Part shown: piece by piece, positions 16,891-22,791 of the stretch
Layout of the letters: each line of letters opens with the position of its first letter
How positions within the stretch are numbered: the stretch's first letter is position 1
Assembly: GCA_964651435.1 (NCBI GenBank)
Contig: CAZYVU010000004.1
Span: 49,660-113,659 of the forward strand
Source of the DNA: an uncultured Pseudomonadota bacterium
Lineage (GTDB): Bacteria; Desulfobacterota; Syntrophorhabdia; Syntrophorhabdales; CAYQXL01
Direction: 5' to 3'
DNA length: 64,000 nt
Notes under the pieces: generated by a model
Told to the model about the DNA's origin: nothing
Databases searched by the model: none
The model's input: only the letters and a program-made list of their open reading frames with translations
Position numbers and translations under genes: made by a program

Positions 16891-17124
16891 ATGCCGATCT
16901 ACGAATACCGTTGCGCCGATTGCGGCCAGATAAGTGAATTCATCGTCATTGGCAATGAGGACGGCTTGGCCTGCAAGGCCTGCAGCAGCCCCAAACTGGA
17001 GAAGCTCATGTCGGCTCACAACACCGTAGGTGCGACCGGAAGCAACACGTTTGCGGGGCCCTCAGGCGGCTGCTGCGGAAACCCCGGATCCTGCGGCACC
17101 CCCGGTAGTTGCTGTTCCGGTTAA
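16891..17124 (+). CDS. FmdB-family zinc-ribbon protein with Cys/Gly-rich C-terminal tail
   Basis: MPIYEYRCADCG..CKACSS (CxxC-N-CxxC ribbon). The tail is GGCCGNPGSCGTPGSCCSG. Confidence 0.8.
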   Translation: MPIYEYRCADCGQISEFIVIGNEDGLACKACSSPKLEKLMSAHNTVGATGSNTFAGPSGGCCGNPGSCGTPGSCCSG

Positions 17125-17149
17125 GCCTTAGGCCCTCGATGGCGCTGCT

Positions 17150-18313
17150 CTATTTTTTGCTATAGAGCGGCGACATGCTCCGCAGGAATTCGACGCTTCT
17201 CTTCAGCACATCGACGGAACGGTCAACGTCCTCCAGGGTGTTTTCCATGCCGAAAGAGAAGATCAGCGTACCCTGGGCAAGGGCATAGTCGCGGCCGGTA
17301 GCGATGAGGACATGAGACGCCCTGAGCGAGCCGGCCGCGCAGGCCGAGCGGGTAGAAACGGCAACGCCCTCTTCGTCGAGCATCATCGTCATCGATTCGC
17401 CTTCCACATAGGCGACAGAAAAAGACACGAGGCCGGGCAGACATTTCTCCTGATGTCCGTTCAGATAAATTTCGTCTATGTCCGCCAACCGGCCGACAAG
17501 GGCCCTGCGTAGCTCCCAGACGTGGGCCGTGCGCTCCGGCATCTCCGCTATGGCCAGTTCGGCCGCCTTGCCCATGCCCACAATGCCGAGCATGTTGGGC
17601 GTACCCGCCCTCCTGCCGCCCTCCTGGGTGCCCCCGTCGATGAGGGGGAAGATAGCCGTTTTGGGCCTCACATAAAGCGCCCCTACGCCGGAAGGGCCAT
17701 AGAACTGGTTGGCCGCCATGCTCAGCAGATCGACGTTGAGCTCCTTTACATCCATAGGCACGTTCCCACAGGAAGCCACTGCGTCGGTGTGAAAAACGAC
17801 GTCCTTCTCTTTTGCAATCTTTCCGATCTCGGCAACGGGTTCCAGCGTTCCGATCTCGTTATTGGCATGCATGATGGAAATTAGGATCGTATCGCTCCGT
17901 ATCATCCTCTTTACTTCTTCCGGATCCACCATTCCATATTCGTCAACGCCCACCGAGGTGACCTCAAAGCCCATCCGCATGAGCACCCGAAGGGGCCGGG
18001 AAACGGACTGATGCTCGATGTTGGAGGTTATGATGTGCTTGCCCTTTTTCGCCTTGGCAAAAGCGACCCCCTTTATCGCCTGGTTCGTCGACTCTGTGCC
18101 CCCAGAGGTAAAGACAATTTCGCCGGGCCCGGCACCGATAAGCCGTGCGACCTGAGAGCGGGCACTCTCAAGCATCTCCGATGCCTGATCGCCGACCCGG
18201 TGCTGACCCATGGGGTTGCCGAAACCGTCCTTATCAATGTAGTCAACAATCGCCTTCTTAACCTCGGGGTGCAACGGAGTAGCCGAAACGTGGTCCAGGT
18301 AGGTTAATTTCAT
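17150..18313 (-). CDS. IscS/NifS-family cysteine desulfurase homologue lacking the PLP-binding lysine
   Basis: Class V aminotransferase fold throughout (ITSNIEHQSV, FHTDAV, active-site loop STRSACAAGS). The canonical S-x-HK-x-YGP motif reads SMAANQFYGPSG (DNA: GCC AAC CAG TTC TAT GGC). Confidence 0.85.
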   Translation of the reverse strand: MKLTYLDHVSATPLHPEVKKAIVDYIDKDGFGNPMGQHRVGDQASEMLESARSQVARLIGAGPGEIVFTSGGTESTNQAIKGVAFAKAKKGKHIITSNIEHQSVSRPLRVLMRMGFEVTSVGVDEYGMVDPEEVKRMIRSDTILISIMHANNEIGTLEPVAEIGKIAKEKDVVFHTDAVASCGNVPMDVKELNVDLLSMAANQFYGPSGVGALYVRPKTAIFPLIDGGTQEGGRRAGTPNMLGIVGMGKAAELAIAEMPERTAHVWELRRALVGRLADIDEIYLNGHQEKCLPGLVSFSVAYVEGESMTMMLDEEGVAVSTRSACAAGSLRASHVLIATGRDYALAQGTLIFSFGMENTLEDVDRSVDVLKRSVEFLRSMSPLYSKK

Positions 18314-18340
18314 GGTTCTATACCCCTTATCGCGAGCTTT

Positions 18341-18850
18341 TTACTTATGAACTGCAACGGGTTTCCCGCACTTCTTGCAGACAGGAGCCCTTTGCGGAAT
18401 CTCCGTGTCACAGTAGGGGCAATAGCAGCCTCCCTCACGCTCGCCGATAAACTCTACGGGCTCGCGCGTGCGGCCCTTGCCCTCCCTTCGCTCGTAAAAA
18501 TCCATGATCGCTTTGTGGAGGGCATCGGCGCCCAGGTTTGAACAGTGGAGCTTATTCTTCGGCAGGCCCCCCAGCGCCTCGGCCACGGCCTGGTTGGTGA
18601 TCTTCATGGCCTCCTCAAGCGTCTTGCCCTTGGCCATCTCCGTCACCATACTCGATACGGCTATCGCCGCGCCGCAGCCGAAGGTATTGAACTTGATGTC
18701 CTCTATGCGGTCACCCTTGACCTTGATGGTGATCGACATCATGTCGCCGCATATGGGGTTTCCCACCTCACCCACGCCGTCGGCATTCTCGATTTTCCCG
18801 ATATTTTTTGGATTCTTAAAGTGTTCGAGGGCAATTTCGGAATACGCCAT
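18341..18850 (-). CDS. IscU-type Fe-S scaffold with C-terminal zinc-ribbon extension
   Basis: From MAYSEIALEHFKNPKN: GNPICGDMM, FGCGAAIA and LHCSNL scaffold motifs. Extra tail CYCPYCDTEIPQRAPVCKKCG. Confidence 0.85.
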   Translation of the reverse strand: MAYSEIALEHFKNPKNIGKIENADGVGEVGNPICGDMMSITIKVKGDRIEDIKFNTFGCGAAIAVSSMVTEMAKGKTLEEAMKITNQAVAEALGGLPKNKLHCSNLGADALHKAIMDFYERREGKGRTREPVEFIGEREGGCYCPYCDTEIPQRAPVCKKCGKPVAVHK

Positions 18851-18965
18851 GGCCTCCTCCTTTGGTGAGCCTCTCCGATTAATATAACCCATCTCACCGA
18901 TTTTTCAAGCTAATTGGCGGAGGGCGGCACCCTTCGACCATTGGCCCACTCTTTTCCTCAGGGTG

Positions 18966-18994
18966 TTGACAAGGCCCCTATCGTGAGCTAATAA
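18966..18994 (+). promoter_or_regulatory. sigma-70-type promoter upstream of the YeiH-like gene
   Basis: TTGACA-N17-TAATAA. Confidence 0.5.
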
Positions 18995-19032
18995 GGTATG
19001 AGGAATAGCAATCTTTTCCAACACATCAACGC

Positions 19033-20583
19033 ATGCCCCAGGGGGTGAACATGGAACAGAGGAACGCTATTGACTGGACTACGCTATGGAAAAAAGACGA
19101 CTGGATGTCCGTATGGATCGGCTTTCTCATTCTCATCATCTTCATGGCCGGGGTTAGCTTCAAGCTGCCGGGATGGCGCTGGATGACCGACGGGGCCTTT
19201 TCGGAAAAGTCCCAGGAATGGGTGCCGAAGGCAGAAAAGCTCGCCAAGGATGCGGAGGGAAAAGGCGAGCCTGCCGTCTCGACAGCGGCTGCGGCCCTGA
19301 AGACGGCCATAGACGGGAAGGACAGAAAGGCCATCGGAGAAGCGGGAGGCAAGCTGGAGAAGGCCGCCAAGGGGGCAAAGGACAAGGACATCATCAAGGC
19401 CGGTGAGAAGCTGGGGAAAGACGCCAAGGGGATGGCCGGCAACACGGCGGGCAAGGTCTTCTCAGCCGATAACCTGCTCAGGGCGCTCTGGCTCCTCATA
19501 GGGCTCTGGATCCTCGGCGGTATCGGAATGGCCGTTATGGGCATGTCCTTCGGCAAGTTCACCGTCGGTTTTCCCATCATCTTCATCCTCTCGGCCCTCG
19601 CCTTTTTTGTGGCCGGCAACAGCACCGTCAACTACTATGGGCTGGAGGTCGTCTTCTGGGCCCTTCTCTTCGGCCTCCTCATAAGTAACACCGTCGGCGT
19701 TCCCGATTGGCTCAAGACCGCCATCAAGACGGAGTTCTTTATTAAGATCGGCCTCGTGCTCCTGGGTGCTGAAGTGCTCTTCACGACCATCATCCAGGTG
19801 GGCGCCTACGGAATGATACAGTCGATCATAGTCATCTTCGCCGTCTTTTATCTCTGCTACTGGGTTGCCAAGAAGATGGGGCTCGACGATGAGTTCGCAA
19901 GCATTCTCGGCACCGCCGTTTCTATCTGCGGCGTTTCAGCCGCCATCGCGGCCGGCGGAGCTGTCAAGGGAGACCAAAAGAAGGTGAGCCATACCATCTC
20001 CCTCGTGCTTCTCTGTGCTATCCCCATGCTTATCTTTCAGCCGCTCATAGCCAAGTGGACAGGCATGTCCCCTGTCATCGCCGGCGCATGGATCGGCGGG
20101 ACCATCGACACGACGGGCGCCGTTGTGGCCGCCGGCCAGATAGCCGGCCCTCAGGCGGAAAAGGTTGCCATCGTGGTCAAGATGGCCCAGAATGTGCTCA
20201 TCGGATTTGCGGCCTTCTTTCTTGCCATCTGGTTCAGCTTCAAAGGGTTGGCTGCAGGCCAAAAACCAAGCTTGATTGACATCTGGTTCCGGTTTCCCAA
20301 GTTCGTCGTCGGCTTCATCATTGCCTCCATCGTCTTCTCCTTTTTCATGCCGACGGCTACGGCAAAGGGCATCACGAGCATAACGGCTCCGCTTCGGGGC
20401 TGGTGGTTTACCTTGGCGTTCCTCTGTATCGGACTCGAAACGAAGTTCAGCGAACTGGTCAAGATGGGCGGGGGGAAACCTGCAGGGGCCTTTCTCATTG
20501 CCCAGGCCTTCAACATCGTCTGGACCTTGCTCTTGGCCTGGCTTATTTTCGGGGGAGTGCTGTTCCCCGTACCGACATTCTGA
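19033..20583 (+). CDS. YeiH/UPF0324 family membrane transporter (putative sulfate-exporter family) with a repeat-rich N-terminal loop
   Basis: Core ..ILGTAVSICGVSAAIAAGGAVKGDQKKVSHTISLVLL.. matches UPF0324. An alternative start at ATG 19051 is preceded by GGGGG. Confidence 0.75.
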   Translation: MPQGVNMEQRNAIDWTTLWKKDDWMSVWIGFLILIIFMAGVSFKLPGWRWMTDGAFSEKSQEWVPKAEKLAKDAEGKGEPAVSTAAAALKTAIDGKDRKAIGEAGGKLEKAAKGAKDKDIIKAGEKLGKDAKGMAGNTAGKVFSADNLLRALWLLIGLWILGGIGMAVMGMSFGKFTVGFPIIFILSALAFFVAGNSTVNYYGLEVVFWALLFGLLISNTVGVPDWLKTAIKTEFFIKIGLVLLGAEVLFTTIIQVGAYGMIQSIIVIFAVFYLCYWVAKKMGLDDEFASILGTAVSICGVSAAIAAGGAVKGDQKKVSHTISLVLLCAIPMLIFQPLIAKWTGMSPVIAGAWIGGTIDTTGAVVAAGQIAGPQAEKVAIVVKMAQNVLIGFAAFFLAIWFSFKGLAAGQKPSLIDIWFRFPKFVVGFIIASIVFSFFMPTATAKGITSITAPLRGWWFTLAFLCIGLETKFSELVKMGGGKPAGAFLIAQAFNIVWTLLLAWLIFGGVLFPVPTF

Positions 20584-20594
20584 TGGCTCCCGGT

Positions 20595-20623
20595 GGGAAG
20601 GGATGGCCCCGGCCCTCCTTCCC
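20595..20623. terminator. GC-rich hairpin between convergent genes (possible bidirectional terminator)
   Basis: GGGAAGG..CCTTCCC arms around a GC-rich loop. No clear U-tract. Confidence 0.3.
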
Positions 20624-20632
20624 GCCAGCCCC

Positions 20633-21715
20633 TTAGAACCCTAATACTTTGTGGCACCTGCGACAGCTTTCCGGTGGAGCCGGAAGCGGACGCACCCCTG
20701 ATACCTTCAGCTCCATAAGGGCATCAATGGTATCGCGCCGACATCTTCCCCTCTCTTCAAAGCTGCGCCGAAAGGCAACATATTCCGGCCTTCCCCAGAT
20801 CGCATCCCACTCTTCCCGAAAAAGATTGCCGAAGCTGACCTTCTCCTCCGGAAATGTGTGGCCGCAAAAGATGCGGGAAAAGGGCGAATGCACCGGCGGC
20901 TGCAGGTAGACACAAGGCGACACCTCGCCCTGGACGGAGACGTAGACGTTTTCAAGGGGGTTCTCACTGCACACGGCAACGTCCGTCGGGGCGAGGGCGG
21001 GAAGGGTCAGCCTTACCCGCAACCTGCGTGCCCTGCCTGCGGCCTCAGCCATCACCTCGCCGTAGGGGTTCACGTCACCGCAGGAAAAGACCCTTTGTTC
21101 ATCCTGCCAGGCCGTTGCCACGTGGGCATTGGTGATGACGATCACCTCTCCGATACCGAGGCCGTATGCCACGTCGACGACCTGCGGCAGCTCGGCCATG
21201 TTTTCTTTCAGGGCGAGATAGACTATGTGGACCTTCGGCCCCCTGGACCTGCGGGACCGCACTATACCCACGAAGGCCCTGATGCTCTCCTGCAGCCGGT
21301 CAAAATCAGAGCGGACACGAATGCGGTTGTGGGTTTGGGCGGTGCAGCCGGCGAGAGAAAACCCGATGAAGTCAATGCCCCCGTCTATCAATGCCCTGGA
21401 CCGCTCCTCGCTCAGCCCATAGCCGCTTGTGACAAAGCCGACCTCAGGCCCCTGAGCCTTGACCGAACGGACAAAATCGATGAGCCGGGGGTGCATAAGC
21501 GATTCACCCCACCCTTCAAGGACGACGCTTTTCACCGACCTCAGCCAGGGGGAGATCCGATCGAAGTCCCGAAGGGCCATATCCCGTCGCAGCCATTGCG
21601 CATCGGCCTCCTTGACGCACATGCGGCAGGCAAGAGGGCATCGGGTCGTTACTTCTATCTGCCACGCGTTGAACGTCGGCCCGATCCGGTTGCTGCGCCG
21701 CGAAAAAATACCCAT
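20633..21715 (-). CDS. radical SAM protein with SPASM/twitch-like Cys-rich C-terminus
   Basis: EVTTRCPLACRMC (CxxxCxxC) and C-terminal cysteines (SPCVY..FCGH..GRCRR..ESCRRCHKVLGF). Start set at MGIFSRR, 7 nt after the upstream stop. Confidence 0.75.
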   Translation of the reverse strand: MGIFSRRSNRIGPTFNAWQIEVTTRCPLACRMCVKEADAQWLRRDMALRDFDRISPWLRSVKSVVLEGWGESLMHPRLIDFVRSVKAQGPEVGFVTSGYGLSEERSRALIDGGIDFIGFSLAGCTAQTHNRIRVRSDFDRLQESIRAFVGIVRSRRSRGPKVHIVYLALKENMAELPQVVDVAYGLGIGEVIVITNAHVATAWQDEQRVFSCGDVNPYGEVMAEAAGRARRLRVRLTLPALAPTDVAVCSENPLENVYVSVQGEVSPCVYLQPPVHSPFSRIFCGHTFPEEKVSFGNLFREEWDAIWGRPEYVAFRRSFEERGRCRRDTIDALMELKVSGVRPLPAPPESCRRCHKVLGF

Positions 21716-21722
21716 CGTCCGC

Positions 21723-22220
21723 CTAAAGCCTCGACAGGAGATCGGCCGTTGCCCACGGACCGTCCGTGCGCCAGCGACCGCACTCATATGTGAGGGAGGC
21801 TTCGCCGCCCCACTTCACCTTGAAACATCGCATACCCTCGTTGACATTGAGCCCCAAATGAATGTATTCCTTGCCCCCCTCCTGAGCCAACTGGACCATG
21901 CGGAGAAATAGGATGTCCGAGGCATGGGGCTCATAATGGGCCTTGGAATGACATCCCGCCACGTAGGTGGCGAATCTTTCCTTTCCCAGATCAACGACAT
22001 AGAAGGCCGTGAGCGCCCCCGTTCCGTCCCTGCCGTCGATGACGACGGCCCTTCTTGTCGTTTCGCGCCTCAGCCTCCCCTTCACAACAAATCTTTCGAG
22101 CTTAAGGACGTAGTACCGGTCACGTCCGTACTCGCCACCGGATATGCCCGTCATGAGGGCGACTACGTGCTCAGGAACATAAGCGTTTTCGGTAATGAAA
22201 CGGTCCTCCTCGGTCAGCAT
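21723..22220 (-). CDS. small GNAT/FemAB-like (Acetyltransf_6-like) protein, function unknown
   Basis: The C-terminal ..YIHLGLNVNEGMRCFKVKWGG resembles the ..L..FK.KWG motif of FemAB/BioF2-like acyltransferase folds. The assignment is weak. Confidence 0.35.
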   Translation of the reverse strand: MLTEEDRFITENAYVPEHVVALMTGISGGEYGRDRYYVLKLERFVVKGRLRRETTRRAVVIDGRDGTGALTAFYVVDLGKERFATYVAGCHSKAHYEPHASDILFLRMVQLAQEGGKEYIHLGLNVNEGMRCFKVKWGGEASLTYECGRWRTDGPWATADLLSRL

Positions 22221-22295
22221 CGTCAGCCTCTGCAGTTAGTTTATCATAGGTCGGGAGAATCGGAGCGCCCCAGGCACGGCGAGCCCATCCTTTCG

Positions 22296-22324
22296 TTGAC
22301 AAGACGGGCCGGTGCGGGTAGAAT
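22296..22324 (+). promoter_or_regulatory. sigma-70-type promoter; downstream gene apparently leaderless
   Basis: TTGACA-N17-TAGAAT, then cagcc and ATG 22330. Confidence 0.6.
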
Positions 22325-22329
22325 CAGCC

Positions 22330-22791
22330 ATGGATGTGCGAGCACCGATGGACGAGACAGATCGCAGGATCCTTAACCTCATTCAGGAAGAGTTTCCCCT
22401 GACTCCACGGCCCTTTGAAAGGATCGGCGCCGACGTCGGTATCTCCGAGGCCGATGCCCTGGCAAGGGTAAAACGGCTCAAGGATCGCGGATTGATCCGC
22501 CGCATCGGCCCGGTCTTGGAAAGAAAGCGGTTGGGCTACGTGAGCGCCCTCTGCGGCGTCCACGTTCCCAAAGAAATGATCGACGAGGTAGCTCGGGATA
22601 TCAACGCGCATACGGGTGTTACTCATAACTACGAGCGGGACGGGGAACTCAACATGTGGTTCACCATAACCAAAAGGACGGCGGAAGAGATCGAGACACT
22701 CCTTTCCGACATCGAAAAACGCTTCGGCCTCAGAATCTACCGCTTTCCCGAAAAGAGAACCTTTAAGATCAAGACCTTTTTCCCCCTATGA
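22330..22791 (+). CDS. AsnC/Lrp-fold protein of the siroheme decarboxylase family (AhbA/AhbB, NirD/L/G/H-like)
   Basis: DETDRRILNLIQEEFPLTPRPFERIGADVGISEADALARVKRLKDRGLIRRIG..VTHNYERDGELNMWFT..FKIK, the family pattern as I recall it. ATGA overlap with polA. Confidence 0.65.
   Translation: MDVRAPMDETDRRILNLIQEEFPLTPRPFERIGADVGISEADALARVKRLKDRGLIRRIGPVLERKRLGYVSALCGVHVPKEMIDEVARDINAHTGVTHNYERDGELNMWFTITKRTAEEIETLLSDIEKRFGLRIYRFPEKRTFKIKTFFPL

Noticed and set aside
18998-19048. A 16-codon upstream ORF (MRNSNLFQHINACPRG) overlapping the start of the YeiH-like gene.
   Set aside because: Its ATG is only 3 nt after the proposed -10 hexamer, so it probably lies upstream of the transcription start. 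It has no SD and no recognisable leader-peptide features.
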